64,000 nucleotides of DNA from Acidobacteriota bacterium (GTDB taxonomy: Bacteria; Acidobacteriota; UBA6911; RPQK01; JAJDTT01), in assembly GCA_965217775.1 (NCBI GenBank), contig CBDCJH010000002.1:1536001-1600000 (forward strand), read 5' to 3'. Below are positions 10,587-19,557 of this stretch, piece by piece. Made by a program: the position numbers and the translations under genes. The notes beneath the pieces are model-generated. The model worked only from the letters and a program-made list of their open reading frames with translations, did not search any database and was not told the DNA's origin. Position 1 is the first letter of the stretch, and each line of letters begins with the position of its first letter.

Positions 10587-10652
10587 GACGGTATTTCCTT
10601 TCTGTCGGCACCCGGAAGTATGTGGCGCCTAGTCTACACCGGAGACACAGGC

Positions 10653-10680
10653 GTAGGGGCACCCCTTGTGGGTGCCCTCT
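10653..10680 (+). repeat. GTAG-type REP-like palindrome (family A)
   Basis: GTAGGGGCACCCCTTGTGGGTGCCCTCT. Confidence 0.8.
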
Positions 10681-10691
10681 TTGGCGCTTGG

Positions 10692-11030
10692 TCACTTGGG
10701 AGGAAGGGACTCGGCATAGGTGGCGGCCCGCTTGACCCACGTTTCCAGATCATGGTCAGACTCGATTCCGGCCGGCTCGACCAGGGCCCACCCCTTCATC
10801 ACCCGGCCTGTGATGTCCGCCGGCTTCGTGTGCGGTTCCGCCAGCGTCCTGTCGTGGTCCTTCTTGTCCAGCCGCACGATGAGCGAACCCCTCCAGGTGC
10901 CGACGCACATGTTGCCGTGGATCATGAAACAGATGCCGCCGAACATTTTTCTTTCGGAAACGCCCTCACGTCCCGAGAGAACCTCACGGACCCGATCTGC
11001 CAGAACGCCGTCGTCCAACTCCGCACGCAT
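10692..11030 (-). CDS. TfoX/Sxy N-terminal domain protein
   Basis: ERKMFGGICFMIHGNMCVG, GRVMKGWALV, WVKRA...AESLPPK. Confidence 0.9.
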   Translation of the reverse strand: MRAELDDGVLADRVREVLSGREGVSERKMFGGICFMIHGNMCVGTWRGSLIVRLDKKDHDRTLAEPHTKPADITGRVMKGWALVEPAGIESDHDLETWVKRAATYAESLPPK

Positions 11031-11048
11031 CCGTTCTATTTACCCGAT

Positions 11049-11171
11049 TGGAGGGGGGACTGTTAGTCCCCCATTCTTCTTTCGCCCGTTCGCTTGTTGC
11101 CCTGCTGTGTCTCTGGAGTTCGGCGATTGGAAGTCGCCGCTCGTATTCGGCGACTGTAAATCGCCGCTTCC
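11049..11171. repeat. Cluster of GGAG-type REP-like palindromes (family B)
   Basis: GGAG-flanked GGGGACTGTTAGTCCCC hairpin at about 11049-11072; TCGGCGATTGGAAGTCGCCGCTC; TCGGCGACTGTAAATCGCCGCTTCC. Confidence 0.65.
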
Positions 11172-11779
11172 CGCGACTTGGGAATCGGCAGCCCACCCCA
11201 GACGCGCAAGACCTGACCTGACATCGTTCCCTCGATGGCCTGGACGTACAATTCAGCGCACTGCTCTGCTGTCACCGCTCCCCGTCCTTCACGTCCAGGC
11301 TCGACCACGGGGCCCGGACTTACGACGTTGACCCGAATGCCACGAGGCCAAAACCGGGCCGTGTGTTCCACGAAGGTTTCGAGCGCCGCATTGAACGGTC
11401 CCGTGGCGATACCGCGCCGGTATGAGTAGTGGCTCAGGAATCCGCTGGTCAACGTAAACGAGCCGCCGTCTTGAATCGTCGGTTGCCCCAACGTCATTAA
11501 CCGGATCTGGGACAGGAACTTCCTCTCGAATCCGTAGCGATAGTCGTCATCGACCAAATCATCGAACGGGAGAAATCGACTATCGTCGCCCACGGCCGAG
11601 ACGAGCGCATCGTAGGCCCCGACTGTTGCGAACATGCTACGCACCGACTCTGTATCGGTATAGTCACACTGCACGTCACCGTCTGCCAGCCCGACTCGAA
11701 CCACTTGATGTTTGGCGGATACGGCCTTGTCGACCCCACGACCGATCTTGCCGGATGCCCCGACGAGGATCACTTTCAT
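11063..11779 (-). CDS. Atypical short-chain dehydrogenase; C-terminal tail reads through REPs
   Basis: VGASGKIG Rossmann motif, GGSFTLTSG, RGIRVNVVSPG. Confidence 0.85.
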   Translation of the reverse strand: MKVILVGASGKIGRGVDKAVSAKHQVVRVGLADGDVQCDYTDTESVRSMFATVGAYDALVSAVGDDSRFLPFDDLVDDDYRYGFERKFLSQIRLMTLGQPTIQDGGSFTLTSGFLSHYSYRRGIATGPFNAALETFVEHTARFWPRGIRVNVVSPGPVVEPGREGRGAVTAEQCAELYVQAIEGTMSGQVLRVWGGLPIPKSREAAIYSRRIRAATSNRRTPETQQGNKRTGERRMGD

Positions 11780-11794
11780 CTCAAGATCTCCTGA

Positions 11795-12514
11795 TCAGAC
11801 GGATCGCGTGATTCCTCCATCGACACGAATATTCTGTCCCGTGATGTAGGCACCGCCGTCGGAGGCCAGAAAGGCGATGACCTCGGCAATCTCCTCCGTC
11901 GTGCCGTAGCGCTGCAGCGGGATGCGGTCGCGATACTCCCGGTTCTCGGGAAAATTGTTGATGAACCCGGGTAGGACGTTGTTCATGCGAATGTTATCAG
12001 AGGCGTACTTGTCCGAAAACAGTTTCGCAAAGGCCGCCAATCCGGCCCGGAACACCCCGGAGGTCGGAAAAGCAGATTCCGGCTCGAACGCGGCGAAGGT
12101 GGAGATGTTGACGATCACCCCACACTTCTGCCGCTGCATGATGGGTGTGACCAAGCGTGTCGGACGAACGGCACTAAGGAAATAGACCTCCATACCTTGG
12201 TGCCAGTCGTTATCCGAGAGTTCGAGGATCGGCGCTCTCGGACCGTGTCCTGCGCTGTTCACCAGCACGTCGACCCGGCCCCATCTTTCCATGGTGAGAT
12301 CCACGAGGCGCTTCAGGTCGTCATTTGACTGATTGGACCCCGTAACACCGACGCCGCCGAGCTTCGTTGCCAGGGCTTCCCCTTTGCCCGAGGAAGACAG
12401 GATGGAGACGCTAAATCCGTCAGCGGCGAACCTCCGCGCCGTAGCGGCTCCCATGCCACTTCCCCCAGCAGTGACGATCACGACTTTTTTTCCGTTGTCC
12501 ATTTCTGCACGCAT
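11795..12514 (-). CDS. SDR family oxidoreductase
   Basis: TAGGSGMG, VLVNSAG, NNVLPG, YITGQNIRVDGG. Confidence 0.92.
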   Translation of the reverse strand: MRAEMDNGKKVVIVTAGGSGMGAATARRFAADGFSVSILSSSGKGEALATKLGGVGVTGSNQSNDDLKRLVDLTMERWGRVDVLVNSAGHGPRAPILELSDNDWHQGMEVYFLSAVRPTRLVTPIMQRQKCGVIVNISTFAAFEPESAFPTSGVFRAGLAAFAKLFSDKYASDNIRMNNVLPGFINNFPENREYRDRIPLQRYGTTEEIAEVIAFLASDGGAYITGQNIRVDGGITRSV

Positions 12515-12768
12515 CGGTTCATTATTACTCGATTAGAGGAGCAACTGGGAGGGGACTTTTAGTCCTTACTGTCCCTCAGTCAACTACTAACAAACATTAA
12601 CGTTTTCAGTTATTTACCGGGTTCTTCGCCGAATCGGTAAGGTAGTTGACTCGCTATGTATGAGGTGCTGAACAGGCAGCAGATTTCGCGCTTCCCCGTT
12701 TCCCTTCTCCGTTCTGTTCCGCTGCTCGGAACCATTGTGAATTCGGTCTGTCGACCAATTGCCAACCC

Positions 12769-13045
12769 ATGAAGGACCGTCTGCCATCCATAGTTGATTT
12801 TCGTCGGGGACTACGTGAGATCGATCAGTGTCCACTTGATGACGCTGGCCGAACGGGGTGCCTACGTCCATCTACGATGCCTGAATCGGCAAGACGGAAG
12901 ATTGCAAGAATACCCCAAAAAACTTGCGAAACGAACGGCAGATGTTGGCCGCGCACTGTCGGGAATGGGCCGCAAAATTGGACGGTCAGATCGGACTCCG
13001 GTCAAGGACCGCCGCCGCCACTTCCTCGCCTCCGATCCGCCCTAA
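12769..13045 (+). pseudogene. Frameshifted remnant of a YdaU/DUF1376-like phage replication protein N-terminus
   Basis: MKDRLPSI then frameshift to IFVGDY...LMTLAERGAY...DGRL...KKLAK, resembling the family pattern FYxGDY...LSxEExGAY; recognised from memory only. Confidence 0.45.
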
Positions 13046-13084
13046 CGGACAGAGGATGCTTAGAGAATGCTCAGTACCAAACGG

Positions 13085-13957
13085 CTACGTTTTTGGCAAC
13101 GACTTAAACAGTTCGTAAATGCGAGCATTGAGTTGGGCGGCTCCACCAGGAGCGCTACGGACGAAGGACTGGTCCAGAAGATTGACCAAAGGTCCACATC
13201 GGCCTCCGCAGAGGACAGTATCCACGCCGAACTCTCGACTCCAGTCGAATGTCAATTTTGCGCCGCATTTTGGACAGCTCTCGTAAGAGAAGGAGAGTTC
13301 CCGCCGTCTATTTTTGGGCAATTTTCTGAGTGCGTCCTCGATGGCTTCTTGGTGTGTCACATCCACAACAACAGACAAGCCGGGAAGAAGGCCGCGCTCC
13401 GTATCCTCAGGCACGTGTTGGACTAAGGTACCGATGATCCGGGGTCCGTTAGGTGTCAAACAAAAGACAGGACCACCACTGACGCCGGCGACACTGGTCC
13501 CATGTACCCAGTAGCGATTTTGCTCTGTGTCTACTGCACTGATGCACCCACGGAAGAAACACGGGCTAGTGATGGGGACTGGCAGTGCGGGGTAGCCGAG
13601 CCAACCAACCTCAATTCCTGGCTTGATGAGACCTTTCTCTTCGCTCTTTATGGTTGGTACGGAAGCCTTTGGCATCGCGTGGTCGATTACGGCCAATCCT
13701 ATAGAGTCCAATGGGCTCTTAGGCGTTAGGAGGATAGCCTGTTCCTTTGGGGTAGTGATGGGATGTACCCCCAAGGCATGAATTATGTATAGCCTCGGCG
13801 TTTCTTGGAAAGGCTCCAGTACATGAGGAGCCGTTGCAATACAACGGGAGCCTCCTTTTGTTGCGTAGTGAATAAAACCTGTCCCTATGCGTGAGACCGT
13901 GTGCAGCTTCACGACTTGCGGAGTAACTTGTGCTATGAGTGACGACCAATCAGGCAT
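13085..13957 (-). CDS. Trypsin-like serine protease with a C-terminal Cys4 zinc-ribbon-like module
   Basis: GTGF, ATAPHV (His), GVSGGPVF (Ser), CPKC...CGGRC; no signal peptide; start could be 14029. Confidence 0.75.
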   Translation of the reverse strand: MPDWSSLIAQVTPQVVKLHTVSRIGTGFIHYATKGGSRCIATAPHVLEPFQETPRLYIIHALGVHPITTPKEQAILLTPKSPLDSIGLAVIDHAMPKASVPTIKSEEKGLIKPGIEVGWLGYPALPVPITSPCFFRGCISAVDTEQNRYWVHGTSVAGVSGGPVFCLTPNGPRIIGTLVQHVPEDTERGLLPGLSVVVDVTHQEAIEDALRKLPKNRRRELSFSYESCPKCGAKLTFDWSREFGVDTVLCGGRCGPLVNLLDQSFVRSAPGGAAQLNARIYELFKSLPKT

Positions 13958-14018
13958 AGCTTGCTGCCGGTTTGGAAACGATGAAAGTAGGCGACGTCGG
14001 TAACCCCACACGTCCTGT

Positions 14019-14351
14019 TCAACCTTCATAATGCAGAGTCTTGTAGACAGGCTCGCCCTTCGTGCCGTCTTTATAGAGCGGGGTCTGTTTTATTTCGTAG
14101 GTAGTGTCAGGTTCAAGGTATGTAATTTCACACCAGTCAAGGGGCGTTTTGAAGCCGATACTCCACTGCTCAGTGCCCTTCTTCCGCAATTGGACTATCC
14201 AGACGCATGTAGAGTACAGATCAAAAGCGTAGGGGAGTGTTTCTGTTAGTTCAAACTCGGTCAGGGTTATCTCGAATGCCCACTTGGTATTATTCCAGGT
14301 GATGGGAGGAGTTTTTGGCTTTCGCAACTGAACGGCGTTATTGGGTAGCAT
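14019..14351 (-). CDS. Small fibronectin type III-like protein
   Basis: VQLRKKGTEQWS...ITYLEPDTTYEIK...G-KGEP matches the FN3 LxPxTxY motif; GGAAGGA RBS before ATG 14351. Confidence 0.55.
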   Translation of the reverse strand: MLPNNAVQLRKPKTPPITWNNTKWAFEITLTEFELTETLPYAFDLYSTCVWIVQLRKKGTEQWSIGFKTPLDWCEITYLEPDTTYEIKQTPLYKDGTKGEPVYKTLHYEG

Positions 14352-15676
14352 GTTTTGTTCCTTCCGCATGCTGGCTTCGGGTATAGGGACAGCACAGCCT
14401 CTCCCATACCGCCAGCCTATCGACGGCCCCTGACGCATGCTTGCAGGCTGTCTGCGCATAGTCTCCGACTTCATTCCGTGAACAAGTGAAGGATGTAGCC
14501 GATAAGCTGCCCGCTCATAATTCCTCAGGGAATCATCACGCTGGGAGAGCAGGTCCTGGTAGCGACTACATCCTGTCTATCTTACGACGGGAATCAGGTA
14601 GAAGGTGTTATAATCGGACACGGTTTCGGTTATCCCGTTCTTCTCTCCTGCGGTAGAGATGCAACTGCTTGCGGTAAATTTCGCAATCGGCGTCGCCGGG
14701 AGAGAGGAAGAGTTTCGATTGTCCGTTTCCTCTACCTTACTTTACCAGACAGGGGTGACTCAGGAGGGATCGGCTCTTGGGTTCGTTAGTCAAGTTTATA
14801 ATCCCCCTCTATAGCGGACCAGCCCATTGATCCGACGCGCTCGGTGCGGGGAATCTCGGGAGCCTGGACACCCGAACCGATCCAGGCGTCCATGAGCTAC
14901 GAGCGGACCTGCGCCGGATGGCGAGACTATCGGGTCGGGCCAGGTGAGCAGGATTGCGAACGCTACGGGGCGGTCGCGGAGACAGTTCCGCACTTGGCAG
15001 TCGCAAAGGTTTCCGGCGACTCGTTTCGGCTGGGCGCAACGGGGGTTTCGTGCCGATCCAGGAGTGTGAATGGGACACGCCGGGTAGATTCACAAATGGC
15101 GGTCCCAGTCATTCACAAATACGCTTTCCCCGATCTCTTTGCCTTTCAGGCAGTTACGGCCCCATAACCCCGGGTCCGCGGTGCCGATCGGGGAGAACGG
15201 AGGTGGACGGGAGCGACCCCCCCCCTTTTTTCCTCCCGGATCAGCATCTTGGCAGGCGCTGGTTTCACACGCGCCGCGTCGCCTGGGGGGGGGCGCTCCC
15301 GTCCCAATTATCCCTGGCGGGAAGGCCAGAAATGACACCTGTGGTGTGGCAGGCTAGGATCCGATGAGCGCCCGGAACGGCAACTTGGAACGGTCCCTCC
15401 ATCAGGCGGCCAAGGCGCTGCCGTAGACGGCCTCTGATGGCCTGGAACGAACCGACGAAAGGTTAGGTAAGCACTCCCCGACCCAACACTCCACCGCCTC
15501 GATCCGCACCCGACGGCTCACCGCCAGCCGGTCGATCTCATGCAATTGTCTTTTCACTACGTCGGTCATGGCCTCCGGGTCCGCCGTCGCGGAGCGAGCT
15601 GCGGGAGTGGGGCTCCATAGGAGGTTTTAAGAGTCCCTTGCTTCGGTCGAGGATCTTTTGCAATCCCGGGCCAAAC

Positions 15677-16849
15677 TCAAGGCCCATGCTGTTGGTTGGA
15701 GCGCCATTGATCGACCATCCAATCCATGACACTGATGAATTCAGTCAATCGACCACTCCTGACGAGTTCCGAAAGGTTGATGGCAGGCCATCCTGTCATG
15801 CCTGCTCTGCTGAGCGAAAATCCAGGGATTCCAATTAGCTTCTCCCGAAGCGAATCCCTGACTTCCTCCCGGTCAAACGGTGCGCGACGCCGTAAGGCTG
15901 TCATGCACAGCCACGTCGCCCTTGCGCTTTTCTCCATCTGGAGCAACGCTACTGATCCGGGAAGCCGGATCAGGCACTGTGGTCCGCGAGTCGTGGTTTC
16001 GAACGTGAGATCGAGGTCCGCCTTCCTCGACCAAGCAAGGATCTCGCGCACTGCCTGCAATACGTTTCCGTCTCGGTCTGCGTGGGTACGAACAGCATTC
16101 AGGAAGGTCTCTTCTTCCATGGCAACTCGTCCTGGTCTCGGTCGCTGTATCTGCTTGGCTTGCCTCCTCGCCTCCGTTTGTCCCGTAACTCTTGGGACCA
16201 AGACTCTGACTCCCTCGCCCGTAAACTGGGGAATCTCAACCGCAAGCGCTTCCGTAGGAGTCATCACCTCGTTGAGGAACTCAATGATCTGCCGCAGCTC
16301 TGTGGGAATCGTATTCGCTACGAAAAGCAGCCGAATTCTCTTGTCGCGAAGATTGCTCTCCACGGCATCCCAAAAGTGATCCACATAGGATTCATCCGCT
16401 TCGCTGGCGCGTCCGAGAAAATCCTGAAGTTTCGAACTCGCGTTCTCGCCGTCTCTTCTGCAACCTTCCTCGAATTGCGACCGAACCCAGCCGACAGGCC
16501 AGTGCACTGTTGAGTTTGCCGCATAGTCGAGCATCTGTCCGACGACCTCTCGACGGATCCTGCTGTCCGAACTCCGCTTGACCTCGACGAGCGTGGGGAT
16601 GCCATCCTGATCGAGAAACAGGTGGTCGAGCGACCATCGGCCCACACCCGTGTCGTCGTGGACGGTCATTTCACGCGCGACTAGCAGAAACCTGCGGGGA
16701 GAATCGGGATTGATCTGTTCGCCGCCGAGGAGATCCGGATGCTCAGCCAGGATGGTCTGTAGCAAGTCCTCGGAGTCGTACTCTGCCTCGTCCAATGGGG
16801 TAAGTTCATTGTTCGGGTGCAGCAAAAAAATCCGGCCACTTTGCGTCAT
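15677..16849 (-). CDS. PD-(D/E)XK (NucS/RecB-like) endonuclease domain protein
   Basis: EDLLQ...HPDLL, SLDHLFLDQDGIPTLVEVKRSSD, VVGQMLDYAAN. Confidence 0.75.
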   Translation of the reverse strand: MTQSGRIFLLHPNNELTPLDEAEYDSEDLLQTILAEHPDLLGGEQINPDSPRRFLLVAREMTVHDDTGVGRWSLDHLFLDQDGIPTLVEVKRSSDSRIRREVVGQMLDYAANSTVHWPVGWVRSQFEEGCRRDGENASSKLQDFLGRASEADESYVDHFWDAVESNLRDKRIRLLFVANTIPTELRQIIEFLNEVMTPTEALAVEIPQFTGEGVRVLVPRVTGQTEARRQAKQIQRPRPGRVAMEEETFLNAVRTHADRDGNVLQAVREILAWSRKADLDLTFETTTRGPQCLIRLPGSVALLQMEKSARATWLCMTALRRRAPFDREEVRDSLREKLIGIPGFSLSRAGMTGWPAINLSELVRSGRLTEFISVMDWMVDQWRSNQQHGP

Positions 16850-16873
16850 GCGAGTCAATTCGTCCGCTGTCGG

Positions 16874-17636
16874 TCAAACTCTTCGGAGCAAGCTCTGCGA
16901 GCAAGAGTCAGCTTGCCAACGGTTTCGCCATTCTATCGGATCCAGAAGTGACAGGAAGCGCCGATCCTGAAACACGAACGGGTTGAGGTCTGCAGGATCG
17001 ATACCGATGGCAACCAAATCATCGTCACTGAAGCTGACATGGCCGCTCGATTCAGCGACCGTTGAAGTGCTTACGGTAATCTTCTCCCGCGGTCTGCTTG
17101 TCGTGCGAGAATTCCGCGCGATCCCGGTGCGATCAGCAATAGATTCACTCAACCGTAGCAAGGCCATGACATGCCGCAACGTTTGCATCACCCAAGGCCG
17201 TTCTGCGAGGCGTAGCAACGTCTCGACACAGACCTGCACATAGTCTGCGTTGCTTTGCCAACGGCCTTCGAACAACCGGGCGTTTCCGAACCACGTCCCC
17301 ACGTTCGAGACGAAGACGTCTTCGACGGGAACCTCAAGCTGTGATACGGGGTCGTTGAAGACCGCCCCGTTCAGCCACTCGCACAAATGTTGCAGGCTCG
17401 GCTCTTTGTTCTCGCGGCAGGCGAGTGCCGCAAGATGGATCAATGCTTCAATCCGGGTGGTCGCGCTGTGATTCTCCGGCCGGGTCAGCAGTCCGGCCAG
17501 AGGGGCCGCACCACAGGGAAGGTGAATTCCTTTAGATGCCCCAGCAGCTTGCCGAGGCGCACGGCCATACCTCTGATTTCGCGCAACTCACCAGTTGCGG
17601 CGTTCGCCATGAGCGTGGCGGCAACCTCGCCATGCA
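16874..17636 (-). pseudogene. Frameshifted, truncated N-terminal fragment of a large hypothetical protein
   Basis: Two frames join near 17500 (…FTFPVV / LAGLLTRPENHSATTRIEALIHLAALAC…VEDVFVSNV…GNARLFEG); protein-like sequence ends after DLNPFVFQ. Confidence 0.5.
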
Positions 17637-17947
17637 TATCGAGCGATGTCCTTCTCAAGGACGGCGTTCCTCCGAGGGACGGTCGGCCGATCTTTTCCGC
17701 CAACCTTGCAAGTCAAGTCTGGAGAACCGGGACACGATGTGTGATCGCTACGGCGCATGTTGGCCCGCGACCTGCAGGGCAAGTCTAGCAGTCCGTGGTG
17801 AAAGTCCCGCGAGCACCGAGACCGTTCCTGCGCCCGCCGGACAAGGCGCTTCGGAGGGAGCATACCGGGAGTATGTGAGCCGATAGCAACGCAGTCCGCC
17901 GGGATGCAGGGACGGTCGAATGCCGTGGCGACTTTTGCCACGGGCTG

Positions 17948-18466
17948 CTAGCCTCCTTTGGCGAGGCGGTGCGTTCCGAAATTGAAAAAGTGGGCTGTTT
18001 GCCGTTGCCACCAGGTCACGGCAACCTGCTCTTTCTCGTCGGCATAACCCATTGCCCGCAGCAGGTCATTGTGGCAGAGCACGTCGAGCACCTGCATGAC
18101 GGGAGGTTCCAAGGCCTCCAGATCCAGACGTTCCTGGGTGACGGCCTTGACCGTCTCCTCGGAGGCATCGGTGCGGAGCCGCTTTTCGAGCAGTGTGAAG
18201 TCCCTGACGAACTGGGCATGTTGGGTCGCCTTGACGGCAAAGGCGAAGACGAGCTTGAGGCTGGAAACGAGCGCAACCCCTAGTCCCAATCCCAGAATCC
18301 ACGACGCACGGTCCTGGACCGCCAAAGCGACCGTTCCGGAGCCGAACAGCAGCAGCAAGAAATTGGTCCATCGATTCACGCCCTCGAAGAACGCTTGGCG
18401 TCTGGAATGGTAGCGGATCGAGCGGCGGACACCGAAAAGGAGATCATCGTATTCGTGGGTCTTCAT
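17948..18466 (-). CDS. SLATT-like two-TM protein (copy 1)
   Basis: LLFGVRRSIRYHSRRQAFF, two hydrophobic helices, KATQH, RLDLEALEPP. Confidence 0.65.
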   Translation of the reverse strand: MKTHEYDDLLFGVRRSIRYHSRRQAFFEGVNRWTNFLLLLFGSGTVALAVQDRASWILGLGLGVALVSSLKLVFAFAVKATQHAQFVRDFTLLEKRLRTDASEETVKAVTQERLDLEALEPPVMQVLDVLCHNDLLRAMGYADEKEQVAVTWWQRQTAHFFNFGTHRLAKGG

Positions 18467-18497
18467 TTCATCACGGCTCCTCATGCTGGCCTCGGGA

Positions 18498-18686
18498 TCA
18501 GGAGCCGCCCTTTCCCGAGCCCTTGCTACCTCCAGGTTTGTCCGCTGACGGTGGAGACACGGTGTCGCGGACCGCTATGTCCTGGGACCGGTTGAAGGCG
18601 GTTGTGGTCTTTTTCCCGGAGGCGGCTGCCTTCCTGGCCGCCCGCCGGGTGGGTCTCCCCGCCGAGGTCGTCTTTTCGGCGCTCAC
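18498..18686 (-). CDS. Small basic low-complexity hypothetical peptide (62 aa)
   Basis: GTG start after GGAG; sits between the SLATT-like paralogs; ends VRDTVSPPSADKPGGSKGSGKGGS. Confidence 0.35.
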   Translation of the reverse strand: MSAEKTTSAGRPTRRAARKAAASGKKTTTAFNRSQDIAVRDTVSPPSADKPGGSKGSGKGGS

Positions 18687-18825
18687 AAGGCTGCGTTGAT
18701 CTCCAGTATGTTCGAGGAGGCCAGGAGAAATCCACACCGCCTGACCCGGCACCCGTTCTCCTCCGCTACCCGAACCTGTGCTTGAGTCCCTACTCTGATC
18801 GAGAGTACGGGGCCGCGGCAGGCTC

Positions 18826-19344
18826 TCAATCTTCCTTGGCGAGGCGGTGTATCCCGAGATTGAAGAAGTGGGCCGTCACCCGTTGCCACCAAGCCACGGC
18901 AATCGGATCTTTCTTGCCGGCACGGCCCATTGTCCGCAACAGGGTGTTGTGGCAGAGCGCCCAGACCACATCCTTTCCCGTAGGCGCCAGGAACTCCAGG
19001 TCCATATACTCCTCCATGATGGCCTTGACCGTCTTCCGGGAGGAACTGGCGTAGAGCCGCCTGACGAGCACCGTGTAGTCCCGGTGCAACTCGGCATGCC
19101 GGACCACCTTGACTTCAGAAGCGAAGACGAGCTTGAGAATGGAAACGAGCGCAATCCCCAGTCCCGATCCGAAAATCCACAGCGAACCATCCTGGACCGT
19201 CAGCGCAGCTGTTCCGGCGCCGAGCAGCAACAGCGGGAGGTTGGTCCACCGACCGAGGACCTGGAAGAAGAACAGGCGTCTGGCATGGTAGCAACTCGAA
19301 ATGCGGACCTGGAAAAGAAGATCGTTGTGTTCCTGGTTTTTCAT
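18826..19344 (-). CDS. SLATT-like two-TM protein (copy 2, diverged paralog)
   Basis: Colinear with 17948-18466 (LLFQVRISSCYHARRLFFF…LCHNTLLRTMG…WWQRVTAHFFN). Confidence 0.65.
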   Translation of the reverse strand: MKNQEHNDLLFQVRISSCYHARRLFFFQVLGRWTNLPLLLLGAGTAALTVQDGSLWIFGSGLGIALVSILKLVFASEVKVVRHAELHRDYTVLVRRLYASSSRKTVKAIMEEYMDLEFLAPTGKDVVWALCHNTLLRTMGRAGKKDPIAVAWWQRVTAHFFNLGIHRLAKED

Positions 19345-19557
19345 TTTTTCACTTCTCCCGAAGCCGGAATCCCCACCCTCCGGATCTCGCACCTGTGTCT
19401 GAGTCCCTGTTTGAAGTTAACGATCGCATGCCAAGAAAGACGAGTTTCAATCGGTGCCGTTACGCCGTTTCTTCTCTCACTCGCCACTCTTACCCCTCGT
19501 CTTGCGAATAGGCGTTCCGGTTTGCAAGAATGACCCCCCAGCCGAAAGGCGGATTTC

